16,318 bases of DNA, from assembly GCA_946615295.1 (NCBI GenBank), contig CAMOHL010000005.1, positions 1-16,318 on the forward strand. Direction: 5' to 3'. Shown one piece after another: positions 7,615-15,702 of this stretch (within the stretch, counting starts at the first letter, position 1; each line of letters begins with the position of its first letter). Both the position numbers and the translations under genes were made by a program. This DNA is from an uncultured Clostridia bacterium. Lineage in GTDB: Bacteria > Bacillota > Clostridia > Christensenellales > UBA1242. The notes beneath the pieces were generated by a model. The model was not told the DNA's origin. It made no database searches and worked only from the letters and a program-made list of their open reading frames with translations.

Positions 7615-10600
7615 TCAAATAATCACCAATTTGTTTAGGTAAAAACTATATATGGCTTTTTTGCTAACTTTTTTGTGATAAAACTTTTCAATGGCGTTTG
7701 CATAGATATCAAGTTGAGTTTTGTATCTGGATTCAAAATCTTTTTCGTTTGATATTCTGCTTGTCTTGTAGTCAATCAAATATATTTCATCATTTTTTAT
7801 GATGATTAGGTCTGCAACACCTTGCACCAAAATTTTTGTATCTTCTTCAGTTTTTATCAATTTGTTTGCTGGAAAATAAGACAAAAACTGTTGTTCTTTC
7901 AAAACAATATCAGCTTTATCAATCAATTTGTTTATAGCTTTTGTTGCGATGATTATTGTTTTGATGTCAATCAAAGCAAATTCATCATTGCTTATTTTGC
8001 CACTTTCTTTCAAATTGTCTAGCTGTGCAACTATGTCATTTTCATCATCACAAAAATCAATATACTCCATAACTTTGTGATAGACAGTGCCTATGTTCAA
8101 AAAATCTTCATCATTTGCCTTGTCTGACTTGTTCCATTCAAAATTTGAAATGTTGTAATGGTCTTCTTCTTGCATTATTTGTGAAACTGAATTCTTTTTT
8201 GCCAAATTGTTCTTTTTGAATTTTTGAGATAAAATCTCATTAAACATATCTTTGTCAACATTCAACTTTTCAGGCAAAGTTTTATCTTCTTCTTGCTCAT
8301 GTTCAAAACTGTTTTCTTCAATCAAATACATACTCATTTTTGAACCGTCAATGTCAAAATCCAAAGATTTTTCCAACTTCAACTTGTCAAGTTCTGTTTG
8401 AGAAAAGCAGCCTAAAATCCAATCTAAATAGTTGTTACAATTTCTAATTTCAAAATCGGTATTGTTGCTCTTTATGTTATCAACATTCTTTGTTCCAATG
8501 ATAGTCAAATAGTTTTTTGCTCTCGTCATTGCAACATATAGCAATCTTTTTTCTTCTTTTCTGTCTTCATCCTTAATTTTTTGCTTAAAAATATTTTTAA
8601 TCAAATTGTCATTTGTTGTATGGGTTTCATTGTCGTATGTTGACATTGTGATACCCCAATCATTATCTGACAGTATTTTTGATTTTATGTCTTGAGTTCC
8701 AAATTGATTTTCGGTTGCAATCAAAAACACAACAGGATATTCAAGTCCTTTGCTTTTGTGTATATTGAGAAGGTTGACAGCATTTTCACTATCCTTTATT
8801 GTAATTTCACTATCTTGATTTGAATTGAAATTGTTTATATAATTCAAAAAGCTATTCAAACTATATTCTTTTATACTGTCTATGCTATTTAATAATGTGA
8901 GCAATCTCTCTTCAAAAGAATTTGAATTTTGACTTATTTCAAATTTCAAATCTAGTTTTTCATTCTCAATAATAAAGTTTATTAATTCACAAATATTATT
9001 ATGATAACTAAAATTTCTATAGTATGCCAACTTATCAAAGCATTTTTTTATTTTTTGAGATATTGTATCATTATTACTTTTTAAATATTCTTGCACTGCT
9101 TGATAAAAGAATTTTTTATCCCTATTATCTTTCCTTATCAAAGCAAGCTCTTCAAGAGATATGTTTCCTATATTTACAAATGTAGAAATTATTGCATAGT
9201 CATTGTTTTGATTGTCAATTGCAGTCAAAATGTTTAGCAAAACTTGTATGTCATAAAAATCAAATATATTTTCATTGTATTTTGTATATACAGGTATGCC
9301 ATAAGAGTTGAGCACATCTTTGACTTCTAACAAAATCCCTTTTTTCTTTCTAGACAAAACAGCTATATCTTTGAATTGAATTTGCCTGATTTCTTTTGTT
9401 TTGTGATCATAGTATGGTTTTCCTATCATAGATTTGATCTCACTTGCAAGCAAATTGGCCTGTTGTTGAATTCCACTTTTTTTATCAAAAGAAAGTTCAC
9501 TATTCTTTACTGAATATATACCTTCAAAATGATCTTCTTCTTGTTCGTTTTTTTCTTCATTCAAAACAAAAATTTTTACTGTTGGCTCTGTTGCTACTTC
9601 TTTTATTAAGCCACCAAACACTAAATCAGCATTGCCCTTGTATTGATAATCATCAATTTCTTGTTTGTATATCTTGTCAAAGACAAAATTGTTAAATTTC
9701 AAAATTGCTTCGGTGCTTCTAAAATTTGTTGCAAGTTCAATAACTTTGTCCATATTGGTTGACTTGAAATCTTTGTATTGATTGTATTTGTTTAAAAATA
9801 TTTGTGGTTCTGCTTGTCTAAATCTATATATGCTTTGTTTTAAGTCGCCAACCATAAACAGATTATCCCCAGTGGTTATCAAACCGACAATACTTTCTTG
9901 CAAATAGCTAGTATCCTGATATTCATCAATAAAAATCCAATCATATCTATTTTGAATTTCTGTTGCAATATCTTTGTTTGACAAAATTTGTCTTGCGAAT
10001 TTTTCTATATCATTAAAATCCAAAACTTGATATTGACTTTTGAGCTTTTGATATTCACCATCAAACTCATCAATAATTTCAAAAACATATTGTAGTTGTT
10101 CTTTTGTTTTTGTTAAATTTTGAGACAATATATCAATATCTGCATTTTTGATATCACTTGTTATAATTTGATTAACAAGATTTTTAAAGTTTTGCAATAT
10201 ATCTTTATAGTTATTCTTTATTTGTGTTGCTTCAGCACTATCTTTTGGTGAACTTTTGAATACTGGGAAATCAAATCCATTTTTAAGATATCTCAAATCT
10301 CGCAAAAAGTCGCCATTCAAATCAAATATTTCATTTTTTGCAATCAATAACTTTTCTTTTATTTTGTCTTCACCCAAAATATCTGCTTCATCAATCAAAT
10401 GTTGCAGTTGTTGATTGGTATATTCTTTCAGTGTTAAAACAAATTTGCCGATATATTCAAATGCCTTGTTTTTGTTGTCAAACAAATACATATTGTCAAG
10501 CAAGGATGTATAAATATTTTTATCTTCTTTACTTCTCAAAAATTCATACAAACTGTTTAAACTCTTTCGCAAACTTGATTCATTTCTCTTTTCAAAAAAC

Positions 10601-11106
10601 ATATCAACAAAATTTTTAAACCTTTTGTCAAGATTTTTGTTGTGGTTTGCAAACAAGTTATCCATTGCCTGATTTTTCAAAAAACCTGACATGGCTTCAT
10701 CTGCAACAGAAAACTTGTTTGTTTGGCCTATGGTATAGCCAAATTCCTTGACAACCTTTGAACAAAATGAGTCAAAAGTCATTATGTCGCTGGTTGACAA
10801 ATCTTCTAGTTCCAAAAGCAGTTTTTCATTTTTTGATTCTGATAAACTTTTGAATAACCTTTGCTTGATTTCTAAACTTGCATTGTTTGTAAAGGTTACA
10901 ACAAGCAGTCTCTTTAATTTTACTCCATCACCAACAATCAAACGATTAATCTTTTCAATCAAAATACTTGTTTTTCCACTTCCTGCAGAAGCTGAAACCA
11001 AAAGATTACCCTCTTTATGTTTTAAAACTTCATATTGTTGATCGGTAAAATTCCCCTGATCTTGTTTTTTAAATTCTTGAGAATTTGTATCAATTATTTG
11101 TTTCAT
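7615..11106 (-). CDS. addA: ATP-dependent helicase/nuclease subunit A (AddA/RexA): UvrD-type helicase with a C-terminal RecB-family nuclease. Start corrected to the internal Met (ORF track 11250).
   Basis: Walker A VSASAGSGKTSILIEKI follows FTDQQYEVL, then LLVVTFTNNA. The C-terminal nuclease motif is GVADLIIIKNDEIYLIDYKTSR. ATG at 11106 is preceded by AAGGAGAAAG (a perfect Shine-Dalgarno site) inside the addB 3' end. A start at 11250 would overlap addB by 161 nt and add 48 non-conserved residues. Stop codon is TGA. Confidence 0.9.
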   Translation of the reverse strand: MKQIIDTNSQEFKKQDQGNFTDQQYEVLKHKEGNLLVSASAGSGKTSILIEKINRLIVGDGVKLKRLLVVTFTNNASLEIKQRLFKSLSESKNEKLLLELEDLSTSDIMTFDSFCSKVVKEFGYTIGQTNKFSVADEAMSGFLKNQAMDNLFANHNKNLDKRFKNFVDMFFEKRNESSLRKSLNSLYEFLRSKEDKNIYTSLLDNMYLFDNKNKAFEYIGKFVLTLKEYTNQQLQHLIDEADILGEDKIKEKLLIAKNEIFDLNGDFLRDLRYLKNGFDFPVFKSSPKDSAEATQIKNNYKDILQNFKNLVNQIITSDIKNADIDILSQNLTKTKEQLQYVFEIIDEFDGEYQKLKSQYQVLDFNDIEKFARQILSNKDIATEIQNRYDWIFIDEYQDTSYLQESIVGLITTGDNLFMVGDLKQSIYRFRQAEPQIFLNKYNQYKDFKSTNMDKVIELATNFRSTEAILKFNNFVFDKIYKQEIDDYQYKGNADLVFGGLIKEVATEPTVKIFVLNEEKNEQEEDHFEGIYSVKNSELSFDKKSGIQQQANLLASEIKSMIGKPYYDHKTKEIRQIQFKDIAVLSRKKKGILLEVKDVLNSYGIPVYTKYNENIFDFYDIQVLLNILTAIDNQNNDYAIISTFVNIGNISLEELALIRKDNRDKKFFYQAVQEYLKSNNDTISQKIKKCFDKLAYYRNFSYHNNICELINFIIENEKLDLKFEISQNSNSFEERLLTLLNSIDSIKEYSLNSFLNYINNFNSNQDSEITIKDSENAVNLLNIHKSKGLEYPVVFLIATENQFGTQDIKSKILSDNDWGITMSTYDNETHTTNDNLIKNIFKQKIKDEDRKEEKRLLYVAMTRAKNYLTIIGTKNVDNIKSNNTDFEIRNCNNYLDWILGCFSQTELDKLKLEKSLDFDIDGSKMSMYLIEENSFEHEQEEDKTLPEKLNVDKDMFNEILSQKFKKNNLAKKNSVSQIMQEEDHYNISNFEWNKSDKANDEDFLNIGTVYHKVMEYIDFCDDENDIVAQLDNLKESGKISNDEFALIDIKTIIIATKAINKLIDKADIVLKEQQFLSYFPANKLIKTEEDTKILVQGVADLIIIKNDEIYLIDYKTSRISNEKDFESRYKTQLDIYANAIEKFYHKKVSKKAIYSFYLNKLVII

Positions 11107-14100
11107 CTTTCTCCTTAAAAGATTCTTTATCTTTTTTTGATAGTTTTCTAAATCCACTCTGTTCAATTTGATATTGACAAATTGATTTGTTTTTACAATA
11201 CTCACATGGTGATTTATCGGCTTTGTATGGCTTTGGTTCAATAAACCCACCCATCATTTCATCAAGCGCTTTAATCATAACTGCAAATGAGTATTTTTGA
11301 ATATCTTGCATTTGTTCTTTTGATAAAATATTATTTTTGTAAATACCATTTATTTCGCCACTATCGGTAAATGCGACATTTATAATATCACTTTTTTTGT
11401 TTTGATATAGATTTGTGTCCAACTTTCTTATGATAGATTTATCATCCAAAATTATTCCATCCAACTTGAATGACTTGAATTCAGCATCATAAAAATCAAC
11501 AAAGTCGTTTTTTATTGGCATATATGCTGTTGAGACAACATCTCCGTTTTCCATTTCCGCCAAAACTTTCATATATGCAATGAGTTGAAGTTTTAGTCCA
11601 TAGTAAACATTTTTGAAACTAAACTTCTCCTTTCCCGTTTTATAATCGATAATTCTAAACTGATTTTGATATTTATCTACTCTATCAATCTTTCCAGAAA
11701 AGGTTAGTCCGTTTTTTAGTTGATAATTATAAAATTGCTTCTCAGTAGCTACTGGTTTAAATTCACTGCAATCAACTTGGTGTTTTATGGCTTCACAAAA
11801 TCTTTTTGATTCATCCTTTAGCATTTCAACAAAGTATTTGTTTGTCAAAAAGAACTTGTATTCGTTGCTACTAATAACCTTATCAAAAATTTTTGAAACC
11901 ACACTTTGCATATCATCTATTTTGTAATCGTGTTTTATGTATTCATCAACAAAACATTCTGCAACTTTGTGCAATATATTACCAATATCACTTGCTTTCA
12001 ACTCAAACTTTTCAAGTTCTTTTGGTGATATTGCATAGTTTATAAATTGCAAAAATGGACACCTAAAATATGTTTCAACTTGACTTATTGATGTTTTGTT
12101 TTCTTTAAACAAATATTGTTTTGTATCCTTCACAACAAACCTGTCTTTGTCTTGTTGATACTTCTTTTTTTCTGTTTCTATGGTATTAAACAAATATTTG
12201 TTTGTTATATATTTGAGATTACTTTCGTTGCTTAAAGATATTTTTATTGCATTTTTAAGTGTCCCTACCATATACATTGGCAGTTTTTGACTAGAACTGT
12301 TTTCAATTTTTTGCTCTTCTAGATTATACTTTTCAATTTTTAGTGGCAACCCACTTTGTGTAAATATCTTTTGCAATGCTGTAACAAACTCGCTTTTGTT
12401 TTGCGATTCGTTAGCAATTATTGTGCTATATGTGAGTTCCAACTTGTCAGTTGCAAGCAAGAGCAAATTAAACAGTTTAAATTTTTCTCTTTTGTTCAAC
12501 TCTCTAACCGTTGGTGAAATTATATTTGCAGAAACAAAGCTTGAAATATCTTTGTCTGTTATTGTTCCTGAATCCAACTGATATGCTGGCATTCGTGTTT
12601 CTGTTGAGCCCATAACAAACATAACTTTTCTTGGATAGAATGTGCTACTGCTTGCATCTCCAACAAAAACTGAATTGCATCTTATTGGAGCAGTCTTAAG
12701 GTTTGTTGATGAAACAACAGATTTTAGCATCTCAAAAAACATATTCTTTGGCATTTCTTGACTGCCAATCAAATCATCACAATCTTGCAATATATTCAAA
12801 AACTTTTCCAAAACCTCATCGTATATTTGCTTTTGAATAATGTCATCTTGTTCTTCTTTTATATTATTCAAAACTCTTTCAATTGATATGCTGTCAAAAA
12901 AATTGAGTATTGCCTTTTTGTAGCCATCTATATCAACAGATGAGTTCAATTCGTCCTCAAAAATCTTTATCTTGCCAAAAATATTATTTCTAACAATTTC
13001 AACATTTTTAAAGTATTCATCGTTACTATTTTCAAGTTCGCAATAAAAATCGTTACCAAACACATTGTGTCTTTTGCAATAGTTTTCAAAGTCGCATTTT
13101 TTTTCATAGTCAATTTCAAAAATTGGACTTTTTGCAATTGATAGAGCAGTTGCTGTTGTTTTTTCTCCACAAACAAAATTTGCTATATCAAAGAATGTTT
13201 TTGCAAAAATATGCTCGCCCAAATTTCTTTGCTCGTCAAAATATGTTGGAAAGTCATATTCCAAAAATATCTTTTTTAGTTCCAAACTGTAACTATCCAA
13301 ACCATTGACGGCAATGTTTATATCATCAAATGTGTAGCCCCGTTCCATAATCAAAAACTTGATTCGGTTTGCAACATATCTTGCCTCTTGCAAAATGTTA
13401 TCACATTCCATCAATCTAACATCATCAGTTTCAAACTTTTCAGTTTCATCATAGGCCAAAAAGTTTTTTGACATAAAATCAACTCTATTGTTAATTTTTT
13501 GTTCAATATTTATAGCTGGACAGTTTACTCCATTTTGAACAAAAAAATCTTTTATTCTATGAAACAATGTATTGTCATATATAAAATGATTTGGCTGTTT
13601 TGTGTTTGCACAAAGTGATAGAGTTAAAGATTTTGAATGTTTTGCAAGTTCGCAAAGTGTTTGTATTTGAACAGTTGTGAAACTGTCAAACATTGCAAAA
13701 AATATGTGGCTGTTTTTTATGTAATCGCTATTTTTTACTTTATTGTTAAAAATCTGTAATCTCGTTATGGCATCAATATTATCTTTCATAGCTTTTTCAT
13801 ATTCACTATAAATCAAATATATATCTTTCAATTTGTTTCCAAAATTTCCTTTTTTGAAATTCTGTTTCAATTCTTCTGGCCTAACTCCACTACTCTTCAA
13901 CAAATTTATCACATTAAACATTGTTTCTGCAAAAGAGTATTTGTTTGTGATATTTGAATACTCAGTCAATTTGTCTTTGAGTTTCAAAATTATTTGACTA
14001 ACCAGCATTGTTCCACTGTTTTTTGACAAAAGTGAAAATTTGTTTTCATCTTCACTGTTAATTTTGTTTACAAGTCTGGAAATTGTGGCAAGCCAAACAT

Positions 14101-14302
14101 TAAAAACTGCATCTTGACCAAATTTTTCCATAAAAATTTGTTCAGCATTCAAACTGAACTTGTCTGGCACAATCAAGATTATATTTTCAAATTTATTCTT
14201 TTTTGTTAGTTCCTTTATTTCATCAACAATTTTATAAAACCCACTCAATTGAGTATTTGATAAAACTATGTTAGTTACAAAATTCTTAGACAACTTTTTC
14301 AT
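11090..14302 (-). CDS. addB: ATP-dependent helicase/nuclease subunit B (AddB/RexB) with a RecB-type nuclease and a 4-Cys Fe-S cluster. The N-terminal Walker A is degenerate.
   Basis: The C-terminus reads GKIDRVDKYQNQFRIIDYKTGKEK...YYGLKLQLIAYM, then CEYCKNKSICQY, with an upstream FRCPF. This is the AddB nuclease plus its Fe-S Cys ligands. The N-terminus reads IVLSNTQLSGF where AddB normally has GRSGSGKT. It lies upstream of addA with a 17-nt overlap, the canonical addB-addA order. Confidence 0.85.
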   Translation of the reverse strand: MKKLSKNFVTNIVLSNTQLSGFYKIVDEIKELTKKNKFENIILIVPDKFSLNAEQIFMEKFGQDAVFNVWLATISRLVNKINSEDENKFSLLSKNSGTMLVSQIILKLKDKLTEYSNITNKYSFAETMFNVINLLKSSGVRPEELKQNFKKGNFGNKLKDIYLIYSEYEKAMKDNIDAITRLQIFNNKVKNSDYIKNSHIFFAMFDSFTTVQIQTLCELAKHSKSLTLSLCANTKQPNHFIYDNTLFHRIKDFFVQNGVNCPAINIEQKINNRVDFMSKNFLAYDETEKFETDDVRLMECDNILQEARYVANRIKFLIMERGYTFDDINIAVNGLDSYSLELKKIFLEYDFPTYFDEQRNLGEHIFAKTFFDIANFVCGEKTTATALSIAKSPIFEIDYEKKCDFENYCKRHNVFGNDFYCELENSNDEYFKNVEIVRNNIFGKIKIFEDELNSSVDIDGYKKAILNFFDSISIERVLNNIKEEQDDIIQKQIYDEVLEKFLNILQDCDDLIGSQEMPKNMFFEMLKSVVSSTNLKTAPIRCNSVFVGDASSSTFYPRKVMFVMGSTETRMPAYQLDSGTITDKDISSFVSANIISPTVRELNKREKFKLFNLLLLATDKLELTYSTIIANESQNKSEFVTALQKIFTQSGLPLKIEKYNLEEQKIENSSSQKLPMYMVGTLKNAIKISLSNESNLKYITNKYLFNTIETEKKKYQQDKDRFVVKDTKQYLFKENKTSISQVETYFRCPFLQFINYAISPKELEKFELKASDIGNILHKVAECFVDEYIKHDYKIDDMQSVVSKIFDKVISSNEYKFFLTNKYFVEMLKDESKRFCEAIKHQVDCSEFKPVATEKQFYNYQLKNGLTFSGKIDRVDKYQNQFRIIDYKTGKEKFSFKNVYYGLKLQLIAYMKVLAEMENGDVVSTAYMPIKNDFVDFYDAEFKSFKLDGIILDDKSIIRKLDTNLYQNKKSDIINVAFTDSGEINGIYKNNILSKEQMQDIQKYSFAVMIKALDEMMGGFIEPKPYKADKSPCEYCKNKSICQYQIEQSGFRKLSKKDKESFKEKDETNN

Positions 14303-14308
14303 ATTATA

Positions 14309-14337
14309 ATATTATCATTTTTGCTTTTTTTTGTAAA
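14309..14337 (-). promoter_or_regulatory. Candidate addBA promoter: TTTACA-17-TGaTAATAT (extended -10), with the -10 ending 6 nt before the addB ATG, giving a leaderless mRNA
   Basis: Minus strand reads TTTACAaaaaaaaagcaaaaaTGATAATATtataatATG. Plus-strand coordinates: -35 at 14332-14337, -10 at 14309-14314. There is no Shine-Dalgarno site before the addB ATG. The spacer contains an A8 run. Confidence 0.4.
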
Positions 14338-14358
14338 ATATAAATATTTTATTGCAAT

Positions 14359-14384
14359 AAAAAACTCCAAAAAATTGGAGTTTT
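14359..14384. terminator. Bidirectional rho-independent terminator between the HExxH-protein gene and addB
   Basis: aaaaaAACTCCAAaaaaTTGGAGTTtttt: an 8-bp perfect stem (14363-14370 pairing with 14375-14382) and a 4-nt loop, flanked by an A-run and a T-run. On the minus strand it is followed by T6 immediately after the stop at 14387. Confidence 0.6.
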
Positions 14385-14386
14385 AA

Positions 14387-15577
14387 CTATAATATAAATT
14401 CATTTTCTTCTTTATCAAGGTAGATATTATATTGACTAAGATTATTTGTTTTTGTTTGTGATAAAAAATCATCAAACTTTTTTGGATAACCTGCTTGATT
14501 TAATTCTGTTGAATCAATAAAAAAATCTTGTTTATCAAAAACTTCCTTACATATATTATATGTATTAATAATCAATTTTGTACAATCTTTTTTGTTTTGC
14601 ACATCATTATAATCACCATACCTTGCAGCAAATGCAGCAATATCAAAAGGTGTATATGTAACAAATCTATTTTTTAATTCATCTTTTCTCTTGTAGTTTT
14701 CTCCTTGAGGATACTGTAAATTTATTTGCATATGTACCATGTCAATATATGAAAGAACAGAATAAGGGACAGTATAATGATTATATTTATTGTTTTTGTT
14801 ATAAGTTAAATCTAAATTTAACAAGATAGCATGCATCATTTCATGCATCATAGTTATTCTCATAAGGGTATTATTATATTCATACTTTGTGTTGAAAACA
14901 ATGTCTGCATGATCTACTTCATAGTATGTAAAAAAATTTTTCAAATATCTATTTTTTGTTAATGCAACGACCGTTTTGCTTAAATCTGGATATGTTTTTT
15001 CAAAATTTGAAAATGAAACATAAATATCACAGTCTTTTGAATTGTTGACATTTTTTACTTCAAATTGATAGTTTGGATTGATTATTTCAAACATATTGTT
15101 TATATAATCATAACAATACTGAAATTCAACAGCCATTTCATCACTGACTGACTTGTCATGACCAATCACAATATGCTTTGTATCATTTGTTACAAATTTT
15201 TTATATGGACCGAATAATCCTGCACCCAAATAATTTTTAATACCACCATAGTATTCTAAAGCCTCATCAACTTTATTACTTTCAATTCTGTTGACAGTAA
15301 ATTGATAACCAACATTTGTTCCAAGTGTTATTGAAGAACCATATATTGTAGCCAAAAATAATTTGTATGCAATAGATTTCGCTCTTTTGAAAATACTTTT
15401 TTTGTTTTTTATGTAACCTTTTTTGTTTAAATGATCTAAATTTATATTTTCAATTTCACTTTTTTCAACTGTTTTTAATGAATTTGTTTTGTTTTCTTTA
15501 GCTTTCTTTTTTTTGTAATAAGTTTTCCATTTTTTTAACAAAATCGATTTCTGCATTGTTGTTAATTTTTCACTCAT
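14387..15577 (-). CDS. Membrane-anchored HExxH zinc-metalloprotease-like (zincin) protein of uncertain family
   Basis: 396 aa. It has a lysine-rich N-terminus (KKWKTYYKKKKAKENK), a hydrophobic segment AYKLFLATIYGSSITLGTNVGY, then a domain of about 300 aa containing MMHEMMHAILLNLDLTYNKNNKYNH (HExxH plus a third His 17 residues later). It has its own promoter and terminator. Confidence 0.65.
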   Translation of the reverse strand: MSEKLTTMQKSILLKKWKTYYKKKKAKENKTNSLKTVEKSEIENINLDHLNKKGYIKNKKSIFKRAKSIAYKLFLATIYGSSITLGTNVGYQFTVNRIESNKVDEALEYYGGIKNYLGAGLFGPYKKFVTNDTKHIVIGHDKSVSDEMAVEFQYCYDYINNMFEIINPNYQFEVKNVNNSKDCDIYVSFSNFEKTYPDLSKTVVALTKNRYLKNFFTYYEVDHADIVFNTKYEYNNTLMRITMMHEMMHAILLNLDLTYNKNNKYNHYTVPYSVLSYIDMVHMQINLQYPQGENYKRKDELKNRFVTYTPFDIAAFAARYGDYNDVQNKKDCTKLIINTYNICKEVFDKQDFFIDSTELNQAGYPKKFDDFLSQTKTNNLSQYNIYLDKEENEFIL

Positions 15578-15583
15578 AGATAT

Positions 15584-15612
15584 ATTATATTATACAATAT
15601 ATTAAAAGTCAA
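15584..15612 (-). promoter_or_regulatory. Promoter of the HExxH-protein gene: TTGACT-17-TATAAT, with the -10 ending 6 nt before the ATG, giving a leaderless mRNA
   Basis: Minus strand reads TTGACTtttaatatattgtataaTATAATatatctATG. Plus-strand coordinates: -35 at 15607-15612, -10 at 15584-15589. There is no Shine-Dalgarno site. Confidence 0.5.
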
Positions 15613-15650
15613 TAATCATTTCTTAGACAAAATAAACATAAAAAAATACC

Positions 15651-15690
15651 CTTTAGATTTCTCTATAGAGTATTTTTATTATTCATTTAT
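15651..15690 (-). terminator. Possible weak terminator downstream of tuf
   Basis: The minus strand after the tuf stop reads ...AAAAATACTCTATAGAGAAATCTAAAGGGTATTTTTTT. It has imperfect TAC/GTA and CTCTATAGAG palindromic pairings followed by T7 (the A7 run at 15651-15657 on the plus strand). The structure is poor, so this is only a candidate. Confidence 0.3.
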
Positions 15691-15702
15691 TGGTTTAAGC
15701 AA

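Noticed and set aside
11107-11250. The ORF-track start for addA at 11250, which adds a 48-aa N-terminal extension
   Set aside because: It would overlap addB by 161 nt. The extension does not resemble AddA, which normally begins about 25 residues before the GSGKT P-loop. A perfect AAGGAGAAAG-ATG site sits at 11106.
5113-11250. Interpreting the coiled-coil gene plus addBA as a Zorya-like or other known anti-phage system
   Set aside because: No ZorB/MotB-like partner and no ZorC/ZorD are present. The AddAB pair is canonical housekeeping (P-loop, RecB nuclease, Fe-S cluster). The TM helices lack the MotA signature prolines. I keep it only as a hypothesis within the first finding.
14303-14308. 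Using the TATAAT that directly abuts the addB ATG as the -10
   Set aside because: It would place the transcription start inside the coding sequence. The TGaTAATAT hexamer 6 nt further upstream has the correct 17-nt spacing to TTTACA.
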